Source: an uncultured Spirochaetota bacterium
GTDB taxonomy: Bacteria; Spirochaetota; Spirochaetia; SZUA-6; Fen-1364
Reading direction: 5' to 3'
DNA length: 64,000 bases
NCBI GenBank assembly: GCA_963845535.1
Contig: CAWJSK010000012.1
Span: 736,001-800,000, forward strand
Under the pieces are notes generated by a model. The model made no database searches, was not told the DNA's origin, and saw only the letters and a list, made by a program, of their open reading frames with translations. The position numbers were made by a program, and so were the translations under genes. Shown in pieces: positions 1 to 8,493 of this stretch; the stretch's first letter is position 1, and the number at the start of each line of letters is the position of its first letter.

Positions 1-2
1 CC

Positions 3-539
3 GCCATAGACTGGGCCACCATCGTCGTGGTGCTGGGCGGAATGGTGCTGTTCTTCCTGGACAAGCTCGGGGCCGGGGGAATGGCAGGCAACCTGCTTGC
101 CATCGTGAGCGGCGTGTTCTTCGCAGGGACCATGGTGGCGCTTCGCAAGCAGAAGGACGGCTCTCCGCTCGAGTCGCTCCTGCTGAGCCACGCCATCACG
201 TTCGTCATCGCCATCCCCTTCCTTTGGGGGCCGGCCCCGAGCCTCCCCTCCGCGGCAGGGCTCGCCCTGCTCGGAGTGGTCCAGATCGGAATCCCTTCAT
301 TTCTTCTCATCTACGGAGTCAGGCGCGTGACGGCCCTTCAGACGATCCTGACCTCCGTGCTCGAGCCGATCTTCAATCCGATCTGGGTGTTCCTGTTCCT
401 TGGAGAGAGGCCCGGACCTCGCGCGCTCCTGGGCGGCGCCATCATCCTGGTTGCCGTGACGGCGCGCTCGGTGGTCAGCCTTCGATTGGCGGTCCGGCCG
501 GCTGGTGTCGGCTCACAAGCAGAACACCGGCAAGGATGA
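3..539 (+). CDS. DMT/EamA family transporter, 5'-truncated by window edge
   Basis: Frame open from position 3 (AIDWATIVVVLGG...); multi-TM; EamA C-terminal pattern 'LEPIFNPIWVFLFLGERPG...LGGAIIL'. Confidence 0.85.
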   Translation, partial: AIDWATIVVVLGGMVLFFLDKLGAGGMAGNLLAIVSGVFFAGTMVALRKQKDGSPLESLLLSHAITFVIAIPFLWGPAPSLPSAAGLALLGVVQIGIPSFLLIYGVRRVTALQTILTSVLEPIFNPIWVFLFLGERPGPRALLGGAIILVAVTARSVVSLRLAVRPAGVGSQAEHRQG

Positions 540-1397
540 TCACCCCTCCCACCACCTGGATCCACACGATGCTCTCCCCCAGCAGCGCCACGCCGCCCAG
601 CACCCCGACCACGGGGATGAGGTTCACGTACGGGCTGACGGAGATGGGTCCTAGCCTTGAGAGCGCGTACACGTAGAGGAAGTTGGAGAGGGCTGAACAG
701 AAGACAGCAAGGTACGCAAGGCTGAACCAGGCCGCCGCGGTGATGGTGACCCACTGCCCGCGTTCCAGGAGACAGAAAGGAATCAGGAAGATGGTCCCGA
801 ACAGGGACTGGTAGGCCGTGATGGCGATGTCGGACAGCCGCGTGTGCAGGTTCTTGCTCAGGATGATATAGGCCACCCATGCGGCACACGCGCCGAACAT
901 GAACAGGTCCCCCGCGGGAGAGAAAGCTCCGGCGTTTCCGGCCCCGGACGGCCCACCACGAACGCCACGCCTACCACGGAAAGGGCAATCCCGGCAACGA
1001 CCATCCACGAGACGCGCGTGCGAAAGAAGATGGCTTCCGCGGCCACGGTGACCACCGGGATGACCGCGATGATGAGCGAAGCGTGGGAAGCAGAGGTGAG
1101 CTTGATCCCGCGGGACTCGAAGAAGAAATAGATTGTCACGCCGCACAGCCCGCTCGCCAGGAGCGGCAGGATGTCTTTGCGGCGCAGGCGCGCGCTCGGG
1201 TCGAACTTTCGAAGAAAAACGTTGAGTATGACCGTGGCCGCGAGGAATCGGATAGTGACCATGGTCATGGGCGGGACGCCCGCGTTGAGGATGGTCTTGG
1301 AGGCCACGAACGAGAGGCCCCAGAAGATCACGGTCCCCCAGACTGCGAGCAGGGCGGGAGCGCGAGAGGGTGCTTGGATGGCGGCATGTGTGCGCAT
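475..1397 (-). CDS. DMT/EamA family transporter with one frameshift near 909-913 (probable sequencing indel)
   Basis: N-half in ORF 858..1409 (IFWGLSFVASK...RF), C-half in ORF 475..1146 (GDLFMFGACAAW...NLIPVVGVLGGVALLGE); one extra base in the C5 run at 909-913 joins them. Confidence 0.8.
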
Positions 1398-1466
1398 GGT
1401 TTTGTGCAACGCTACCAGAATGGATAAATCACCGCAACACTTCGAAGGGTAGGACCGTCATGAAGT

Positions 1467-2453
1467 CTACTGCTTACAAAGGGCGGTTGGAGCGTTTTTG
1501 TCGATAAACTCTTTATGTGCAGCGGGCAACGGAAAAAGGGCTTCCGGCTTATTGAGATCCAAGACCAACGTCCCGGCGCAGCATTTACGATTCTCGCGCC
1601 CCTCAGAATATAAATCGACCAAATGTTTCGGTTCAGTCCTCGGTATCATCTTCGCGCAATGTTCTGAAAGCTGAGTACATACGATGCGGAAGTTTTTCAG
1701 ATTCTTGTGCAGTTCTTTGAATATGATTGGCAATGGATGCTTCGCTCTACCCCTAGCAACGGAGAAGACAATAGTCGAAGGGCTCACGGCAGCGCAAAGC
1801 TTTCGAACAAACGATTCTATTGGTGTTCCCGTTCCACCGCCATGATGAGGGAAAACCAGCAAAGGGGCACTGGCGTCGGCACCGTCAGCGAGCAAGTCGT
1901 CGAGCCCAATCTCATCCAAATCGCCGGGCAAAAGAGCCAAAGGCTTTCCGTCCAGCAGAAGACGTACTACGACACTCAGAGAGTTGCTTCGTATTTTGCG
2001 CTTGAAGCGTTCCTTGCCGTTTACTCCCTTTCCAACGAGGTATTTGCTAGGCCCAAGGATCTGAACTTGAACGGAGCCCTGATTGTACTTACCAAAGTCG
2101 TCGCGTGCGATAGATGTTTCGAGAACTATTCTGCCTTTGAGAGATTCCTGATTAAGAACAAATAGCAGATCATCCCAAACCTCAGTTCCTTTGGAGGCAT
2201 CGCCGTTGAGGCAAACTCGGGCTATATCAACAGTTTTTGCGGCCAATAGGGCCACAAGCCCTCCGATGTGATCTTTGTCCGCATGCGAAAGAAGTAATAC
2301 ATCTATTTGTTTGATTTCTTGGGTTTCGAGGAATTCTAACAAGGCGCTTCCGGCTCCCGAATCGATTACTACAACACCCCCTGAGTCGCTCAGCACCGCG
2401 CTGTTACCGTGGCCGACGTCAAGTACCGCTAGACTCGGCCTTTTGTAATGCAT
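1467..2453 (-). CDS. ComEC/Rec2-type metallo-beta-lactamase-fold hydrolase (putative nuclease effector)
   Basis: Motifs LDVGHG, VIDSG, SHADKDHIGG (HxDxDH), NSLSVV, LPGD, PHHGG, HP; ATG at 2453 lies 1 nt after upstream TAA; Cys/His-rich C-terminus. Confidence 0.85.
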   Translation of the reverse strand: MHYKRPSLAVLDVGHGNSAVLSDSGGVVVIDSGAGSALLEFLETQEIKQIDVLLLSHADKDHIGGLVALLAAKTVDIARVCLNGDASKGTEVWDDLLFVLNQESLKGRIVLETSIARDDFGKYNQGSVQVQILGPSKYLVGKGVNGKERFKRKIRSNSLSVVVRLLLDGKPLALLPGDLDEIGLDDLLADGADASAPLLVFPHHGGGTGTPIESFVRKLCAAVSPSTIVFSVARGRAKHPLPIIFKELHKNLKNFRIVCTQLSEHCAKMIPRTEPKHLVDLYSEGRENRKCCAGTLVLDLNKPEALFPLPAAHKEFIDKNAPTALCKQ

Positions 2454-2454
2454 A

Positions 2455-3117
2455 TTACTGAACTTCCCATTCACATACATAGAGCTCGTCTGCACTATCC
2501 GCGCCAATGTTCACTTGCGCGTAGAAACGCATATCAGTTTCTATTTTGCCTGATAGCAATGGCGGCAAATCCGCAAAATAGATTCGGATCTTTTGATCGG
2601 CATTCCACCCCGGCACCACGATGTAGAAGTACTCCCCTGATTCATCCACTTGGGTTATGCGCACAAGAGTTCTCCAAGGCTTTCGACTCGGGTTGTATTT
2701 GCCCGCACTTTCTTTGAGACAACGTTCAAAACCTCTGACAATAGTATCTGGATTGTATGTCGATGGTCTCAATAGTATTGGGATGAATCGACGCTTGCTT
2801 CGAAGGAGCGTTATGTCAGCATCATCGTAAGTTGTGCAAAGTAAAGCGGGAAAGCGCCCGATATTTGATAAGGCAACAAGTTGGTCACCATCAAAGGGCG
2901 AATAGCTCCTTATTCGCAGGTGATAATCGCAAATAATCGCATCAGCTTTCGCATGGATTTCCTTTAGAGATGATTCGAGATTCCGCAAGGGGCCAAGCTC
3001 GAATACCGGTGCTAGTCCCATATCTTCAATAGAGTAGCCATAGCTTTCCCGGGATTCTTTCTCGTCGTCTACAATAGCTACGCGCTCGATTTTTCGCCCT
3101 TCAATAGTCAGCGCCAT
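2455..3117 (-). CDS. Response-regulator receiver domain plus ~75-aa beta-rich C-terminal domain
   Basis: VAIVDDE acidic pocket, IICDYHL phosphoacceptor Asp, LLCTT switch Thr; no HTH output. Confidence 0.8.
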   Translation of the reverse strand: MALTIEGRKIERVAIVDDEKESRESYGYSIEDMGLAPVFELGPLRNLESSLKEIHAKADAIICDYHLRIRSYSPFDGDQLVALSNIGRFPALLCTTYDDADITLLRSKRRFIPILLRPSTYNPDTIVRGFERCLKESAGKYNPSRKPWRTLVRITQVDESGEYFYIVVPGWNADQKIRIYFADLPPLLSGKIETDMRFYAQVNIGADSADELYVCEWEVQ

Positions 3118-3119
3118 TT

Positions 3120-5183
3120 CTATTTCCCCAATACAGGCAATCTGATTATCATTTCCGCGCCTCCCAATAAGCTGTGCTCAACTGCGTCGACCTCCCCGCC
3201 AAGATCGGAAACACTGTCTCTTACTATCGCCAAGCCCAAGCCCGTTCCATTCCTTCTGGTCGTTTCACCTGGCAGCCAAATATCCCGCTTCGAGATGCCA
3301 ATTATGCCCGGACCGTTGTCTTGCACGTTCAGCGAGAACAAGCCACTTTCTACGCTGGTCTGAATATGAATAATGCGTCTCCCAACGGTAGATTCCTCGA
3401 GAGCAGCCAAGGAATTGTTCAAGAGATTGGTAACAATGGACTCGATTGCAGCTTCACTTCCTCGCAAATAGGGAGAACCTTCGCAGTAGGTTGCTAATAC
3501 TTCAACATCGCGGCCTTCTGTGAAAGGCTTGAAAGTCTCCAGCACGCCGCGGATAACTTGATTCAGTTCGACTCGCGTAAGTCTACGTTTTTCGTGATCG
3601 AGCAACTTCGAAGTAACCGCACTAAGAACCGAAAGCCTCTCTGTAGCCCTGACGATCGTTTGGACTGGCCTTTCTAGCTGTTGTGAATAGGCGACGCCCA
3701 GTGCAGCACGGGCTCTCCGCTCAATCGCATCAACTGCTATGGTGATTGCTTTTAGGGGGTTCCCTTTCGATTCGTGTGCAAAAGTCGCTGCGGTTATTCC
3801 TGCGGTGCTAAGAGTCCGGTAGAGTTGGATTTCTCGTCGGAGTTTGTCTTTGTCTGATTCTTGAGCGCGCTCATACGCTTCTGCGGCTTTCTTGATTTGC
3901 TCGCGGGCCGGCTCATGAGCCCTTTCAATTGCTTCAAATAGCTTCTTCTTAGTTGGCTTTTCCGCCTCCAAGGCGACCGATCTTTCTTTTGCCCGCCGCG
4001 CTTGAGCGACGTCAAGGCGTCTACGCGCCATCCACTCACATGTATCTTGCGCAAACCGTCGTAATTCCCGAAAACTCTCGGTTTCGATAAAACCAGACCG
4101 ATCAGTCTTTTGAAGGAGGACGGCGCTTCTGTCAAAAGCGACGACGCGCCCAATCACAGTATTTGTGCTAGGTCGTTCCTCAGGGCTACGTACACGAGCG
4201 AGGTTGAGCTCAAGCCAATCATTTCCTGGATCTCCGTATGGCGAAACCCGCAACTCGTTTTGATATAGATGGACCCCTCCGAAAACATCAAGCCACCGTC
4301 GGACCTCGCCAATTGTTGAACTCCGAGTTGAGAAAGTCGTACTGTCAAGTATAAAAACCCAGAGATCGAATTTTGCGGAAGGGCAACGATAATGCTGATT
4401 GCTTCCTTGGGTCAATTCATCGTGAGTAGTTACAAAAATCTGCTTCCCTTTCCAATCAACAATGGAAGCATTTGCTCGACCATTTTTATCCACAGTCGCG
4501 ATAAGATGATATTCAGCATCATCAAAATAGCGTTGCTGAACAAGTTTCTCAAATTCGGCAAACTCAGGCGCAATTAGGACAGGCCTAAATCCCTCTGGGC
4601 TATCGCCAAAGGGATCTGCGAGAAGGATTAGCTCCCGCGCTAGTCTTCTAACGTCAGACCGAGTGATCTCCGTTGTCAGATCTTCTAGATAGATCGTCGT
4701 TCCGTGGGAATCATTTTCTTTTCGTTGAGAGGACTCAATTGTTAGATTTACTTCCTCTACTATCTCCGCCCGTTCAAAATCCTTCCAGTCAATAAGCAGG
4801 TTATGCTCTTGCCTCGAATCTTCTTTTGGCCTGGTCGTCAGCAACGCTCGACTCCCAAGACGTAAGGCAGCAAGTCGTCCCAGCCCCTTGCTTCCGGATG
4901 GAGTTCTGCCCAAAATGGTTCGTTCAGCCACTAGCTTCCCGGAACGCCCCAACACAAGCCAGCCAGTGATGATTTCGTCAACACCCATTCCACTTCCATC
5001 ATCGCTTACAGTAATAGTTCCGCCAGCTCTCTCGGTATTCGTCAGGAGTATAGTGCAAGAGTGTGCGTCGGCGTCGTAAGCATTCTTTGCAAGCTCCAGA
5101 ATTCCTCTATCCGGATGAGGGTTTAACTCCTCCCCAAGGCGACGCAAAATGTCTGGAGCAAATCGGAACTGTGCTTTGATCAT
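3120..5183 (-). CDS. MORC/MutL-like GHKL ATPase fused to a histidine kinase (HisKA + HATPase_c)
   Basis: N-term ELAKNAYDA, DDGSGM, GSKGLGRLA, GTTI; coiled coil; C-term H-box FAHES, N-box NLLNNS, DNGPG, GTGLGL; no TM segments. Confidence 0.85.
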   Translation of the reverse strand: MIKAQFRFAPDILRRLGEELNPHPDRGILELAKNAYDADAHSCTILLTNTERAGGTITVSDDGSGMGVDEIITGWLVLGRSGKLVAERTILGRTPSGSKGLGRLAALRLGSRALLTTRPKEDSRQEHNLLIDWKDFERAEIVEEVNLTIESSQRKENDSHGTTIYLEDLTTEITRSDVRRLARELILLADPFGDSPEGFRPVLIAPEFAEFEKLVQQRYFDDAEYHLIATVDKNGRANASIVDWKGKQIFVTTHDELTQGSNQHYRCPSAKFDLWVFILDSTTFSTRSSTIGEVRRWLDVFGGVHLYQNELRVSPYGDPGNDWLELNLARVRSPEERPSTNTVIGRVVAFDRSAVLLQKTDRSGFIETESFRELRRFAQDTCEWMARRRLDVAQARRAKERSVALEAEKPTKKKLFEAIERAHEPAREQIKKAAEAYERAQESDKDKLRREIQLYRTLSTAGITAATFAHESKGNPLKAITIAVDAIERRARAALGVAYSQQLERPVQTIVRATERLSVLSAVTSKLLDHEKRRLTRVELNQVIRGVLETFKPFTEGRDVEVLATYCEGSPYLRGSEAAIESIVTNLLNNSLAALEESTVGRRIIHIQTSVESGLFSLNVQDNGPGIIGISKRDIWLPGETTRRNGTGLGLAIVRDSVSDLGGEVDAVEHSLLGGAEMIIRLPVLGK

Positions 5184-5184
5184 G

Positions 5185-6474
5185 CTACTTATCCCACCAA
5201 GGGGTCTCCCTTATTGCCGCAACCGTAAGGTGCCGGCATCTAATACGTGAATTGAGCCAATCGCTAGTCCTCGATCTTTTCATTCTTTGAATCAATTGAC
5301 GACACGTCTTCACCTGCCCATTACGAGGACTGCACACAATCAAGTGATTCTCGACCGCGACGGGTCGCGCTCCCGTAATTAGTGTACATATCGCCCTGTG
5401 ACCATCTTCAGGTCTAGACGTTCGGCGGATTACGACAAATGGCGGCTCGAAAAGGCGTCCTTTAAAACGCCGCCTCTCTCTGATTCGTTTGACTTGACTC
5501 CAACTAGGAACCGATCGTGCATGGAGGTACGCCACCACAAAACCTCTTTGTGGATGGCGATGGGGAACGACCGATCCGACGTGCACGTCGAACAAATCGC
5601 CGACAAGGATTTGCCCTTTGTTTGGCCTGCCAAACCAAAGCTGGTTTTGAGATTTCTTTGGAAATGGCTTCTTTTTCGTATCAAGGATGAATACGTCAAT
5701 ATCAGCCCAAGGATCAAAAAGCCCACAAGATCGGACACTTCCTACAGAACTATTTTCGGAAACCATATCTCGCCATCTCTCGAAGCGGCTTCCAGAGCGC
5801 AGCACGTCCGGCAGGATTGCTGTAATTCGTGTTCCGGCAGATGAATTAATAAGACTCGCCTCAAGGAAGACTGCTGCCGCCGTTAGCTTGCCAGCCGCCC
5901 AATTGCATCCTTTGGGCGCTTTTACGAAGCCATAAGGTGGATTCATAATGACCCAAGAGGCTCTTACGAACAGATCAGTGGCAGTAAGCCCGTTATCGAC
6001 TCGGATGAGAGGAAATAGCAAATTCAGTTCTGAGATCTCGCACCTTACGGAATCTCCCGTTCGTTGTCGCGCCATCATGAGTAGCCTTGCCTTGGCCGCT
6101 CTCACAAACTCTTTATTGGTGTCGCACCCCGTTAAATGAGAACCCCAAAAATCAAGGGTAGCAACGAGACTGGGAAGGACGGGCAGACGCTGAGCGGCAG
6201 CTAGCAACAGGTCGCCGGCGCCGCAGGTAGGATCAAAGAATACAGGCATCAGGGTTGAACTGTCGAAATGTGGAACAGCTCGCCTTGCGAGAGTTCTTCC
6301 AGTAAAAAATGCGCCAATCCTGCGACGCGTTTTGAGACTCAGAACACCTGCGAGTTGGCGACCAGGCTCCCCGTCAAGTGCAAGGGCAACGCTCTTTGTC
6401 CAATCATTTCCTTCGATTGCGGGCTGAGTCGCCATACTTTCTAGCTGTTCAACATAGGGCCGAAAAGCTTTCAT
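5185..6474 (-). CDS. N6-adenine DNA methyltransferase (gamma-class motif order)
   Basis: Motif X GAFFTG, motif I FFDPTCGAGDLL, motif IV MNPPY, C-terminal target-recognition-like region; SD-like AAGGTGG upstream. Confidence 0.85.
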   Translation of the reverse strand: MKAFRPYVEQLESMATQPAIEGNDWTKSVALALDGEPGRQLAGVLSLKTRRRIGAFFTGRTLARRAVPHFDSSTLMPVFFDPTCGAGDLLLAAAQRLPVLPSLVATLDFWGSHLTGCDTNKEFVRAAKARLLMMARQRTGDSVRCEISELNLLFPLIRVDNGLTATDLFVRASWVIMNPPYGFVKAPKGCNWAAGKLTAAAVFLEASLINSSAGTRITAILPDVLRSGSRFERWRDMVSENSSVGSVRSCGLFDPWADIDVFILDTKKKPFPKKSQNQLWFGRPNKGQILVGDLFDVHVGSVVPHRHPQRGFVVAYLHARSVPSWSQVKRIRERRRFKGRLFEPPFVVIRRTSRPEDGHRAICTLITGARPVAVENHLIVCSPRNGQVKTCRQLIQRMKRSRTSDWLNSRIRCRHLTVAAIRETPWWDK

Positions 6475-6488
6475 TTTTCCACCTTGGG

Positions 6489-6497
6489 ATGATAACA
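6489..6497 (-). promoter_or_regulatory. Putative extended -10 promoter (TGnTATCAT) of the MTase operon
   Basis: Minus strand reads TGT-TATCAT 14 nt upstream of the ATG at 6474. Confidence 0.45.
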
Positions 6498-6613
6498 GAA
6501 ACCCGCCGTGAAATGAAATGCCAATTCCAGCACTCCCCTGTCGGACATACTCGCAGCCTTCTGAGATTTGTTACAGAGAGTCACGCCAGGGCAAAAACCC
6601 GGGCACGTAATCG

Positions 6614-6656
6614 TTTACAATTGCGGATGACATTTATTAATATAGTGACACGTCAC
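6614..6656 (+). promoter_or_regulatory. Putative sigma70 promoter of SDR gene with adjacent palindrome
   Basis: TTTACA(6614-19)-18nt-TAATAT(6638-43); GTGAC-AC-GTCAC inverted repeat at 6645-6656. Confidence 0.4.
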
Positions 6657-6688
6657 GTAACCATTTGTTAGGGAGCTTGTCAACCAAA

Positions 6689-7507
6689 ATGAGTGTAATC
6701 CGCGGCACAACCATCCTTCTCACGGGCGCCACGGGCGGGATTGGCCTGGCCTGCGCGCGCGCCCTTGCAAGCTCGGGCGCCAGGCTGCTCCTTCATGGGC
6801 GGGACACGGGGAAACTCCGCTCCGCGGCGGAAGAGGCAGCCAGGCTTGGCGCAAGCGTGGATACGTTCGTCGCTGACCTGTCCTCCCTGAAGGAAACCGC
6901 GACCCTGGCCCGTGAGGCGGCGCGGGCGGGCCCGCTTGACGTCCTCATCAACAACGCCGGCGTCGGTTTCGGGCGGGACGGCAACAGGCGGGAGCTGAGC
7001 AGGGACGGGCACGAGCTGCGTTTCGCGGTGAACTACCTGGCCCCGTTTCTCCTCACGGAGGAGCTGCTGGCCCGGGGCATGCCGAAGCTCGCGGTAATCA
7101 ACGTGGCTTCCGCCGGCCAGGAGGCCCTGGATTTCGACGACCTCCTGAGTGAGCGCGGTTACAGCGGCGTACGGGCATACTGTCGGAGCAAGCTCGCCCT
7201 GATCATGATGAGCTTCGACCTGGCCGCGCTCCATCCGACGCTCCAGGTCCAGGCGCTGCACCCCGGGACCTACCTCGACACGGGCATGGTGCGTGAAGCG
7301 GGTATCACGCCGCTGGGGCCGGTCAGCCAGGGCGTGGAGTCCATCCTCGCCGTCCTGACGACGGCTCTCACCGGCGGAGCATCAGGGGGCTACTTCGACC
7401 GGGCCAGGCCCGCGCGCGCACTCGCGCAGGCGTACAACATAGCAGCCCGGCAGAGGTTGAGGGAGGCAAGTCTGAAGCTCATCAACCCCTGGCGCTCCGA
7501 GCTCTAA
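6689..7507 (+). CDS. Short-chain dehydrogenase/reductase
   Basis: TGATGGIG, NNAG, YCRSK (YxxxK), HPG. Confidence 0.9.
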   Translation: MSVIRGTTILLTGATGGIGLACARALASSGARLLLHGRDTGKLRSAAEEAARLGASVDTFVADLSSLKETATLAREAARAGPLDVLINNAGVGFGRDGNRRELSRDGHELRFAVNYLAPFLLTEELLARGMPKLAVINVASAGQEALDFDDLLSERGYSGVRAYCRSKLALIMMSFDLAALHPTLQVQALHPGTYLDTGMVREAGITPLGPVSQGVESILAVLTTALTGGASGGYFDRARPARALAQAYNIAARQRLREASLKLINPWRSEL

Positions 7508-7842
7508 AAGCTCACCATCAAGCCGACCCCATAAAGGCAGTCGGGCCCGGCGGAGCAGTCCTGAAAGAGGACCCCGACGTGAGCGGGCAAATCTTTGCTT
7601 ATGGAACGAGTCGAAAGCAGAGGGAGATACCCTGAGGTAAAACCCTCAGACGAAAGGATCGGAGGGGAGACCAGGCTGGCGTGACTGCCTAGAACGCCTG
7701 CTCCGGGGCTTCCGCTCGAAAGCTCGATCGGACTGCCCTTCGTGTCGTCCCGTTGGTCAGTCACACGAGGATTGGCCCAGAGCGGAATGCAGGATGCGAG
7801 CAGCACGATACAGAGCAAAGGGAGAAGGTATTTGCTACCCAT
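7504..7842 (-). CDS. Small secreted hypothetical protein
   Basis: Strong SD (GGAGGTGG), N-terminal signal peptide (LLCIVLLASC), ends YGVGLMVSF. Confidence 0.55.
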   Translation of the reverse strand: MGSKYLLPLLCIVLLASCIPLWANPRVTDQRDDTKGSPIELSSGSPGAGVLGSHASLVSPPILSSEGFTSGYLPLLSTRSISKDLPAHVGVLFQDCSAGPDCLYGVGLMVSF

Positions 7843-7900
7843 ACTCTTCCACCTCCGTATGTTGCTACGGCAAATTTAAACAAAAACCGGGCAGCCGTCT

Positions 7901-8428
7901 CTATTCCAGCTTGAGCTTGCGAAGCTTGGGCGTTATGACCACCCGGCAGTATCCGGCGCTCGTGTGGGTGTTGTAGTAGTTCTGATGATAGTCTTCGGCT
8001 TTCCAGAAAGTTTCCAGCGGACGTATCTCCGTCACAATGGGATCATGCCAGTTCTTTTGCTCTTTCTTCCGGGAGGCTTCCGCGACGCTCTTTTGCTTCT
8101 CTCCCATAGTGACGATGATGGAACGGTACTGGGTCCCCACGTCCGCCCCCTGCCGGTTCGGCGTCGTGGGGTCATGGGCGTGCCAGAACACATCGAGCAG
8201 CTCCTCGTAGCTGATGAGCTGCGGGTCGAACTCGACGCGCACCACTTCCGCGTGGCCGGTCTCTCCCGTGCAAACCTGCTCATAGGTCGGCTCGGGGGCG
8301 GAGCCTCCGGCATATCCCGAGGTCACCGACACCACGCCTTCGATCCGCTGGAGCACCGCCTCCAGGCACCAGAAACAGCCGCCGCCGAACGTTGCCGTTT
8401 CATGACGGCTGGGCTGACCTCCATCCAT
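7901..8428 (-). CDS. msrA: Peptide-methionine (S)-S-oxide reductase
   Basis: GGGCFWC, GYAGG, TGHAEVV, HDPT, NRQGADVGTQYRS, AEDYHQNY. Confidence 0.95.
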   Translation of the reverse strand: MDGGQPSRHETATFGGGCFWCLEAVLQRIEGVVSVTSGYAGGSAPEPTYEQVCTGETGHAEVVRVEFDPQLISYEELLDVFWHAHDPTTPNRQGADVGTQYRSIIVTMGEKQKSVAEASRKKEQKNWHDPIVTEIRPLETFWKAEDYHQNYYNTHTSAGYCRVVITPKLRKLKLE

Positions 8429-8493
8429 CTCGGCCTCCCAGGGGAGAATCTACATAGGAAAGAGTTGGTCGGACAGCAGGCGGTGGCGCGGGC

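Larger units (their letters stand above)
1430..6690. mobile_element. Low-GC accessory insert (putative horizontally acquired defence island); boundaries approximate
   Basis: Spot count line 1501 = 29/60 GC vs line 121 = 40/60; A/T-rich codons; no integrase or att repeat seen. Confidence 0.7.

Noticed and set aside
1467..2453. True competence gene comEC or antibiotic beta-lactamase
   Set aside because: No membrane Competence domain or signal peptide; context is a methyltransferase operon
2454..2507. Longer MBL start at 2507
   Set aside because: Overlaps the REC gene by 53 nt; ATG 2453 directly after the REC stop fits coupling and the domain start
1410..6690. att sites, terminal inverted repeats or integrase for the island
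   Set aside because: No convincing shared repeat at the two edges by eye and no recombinase or transposase ORF
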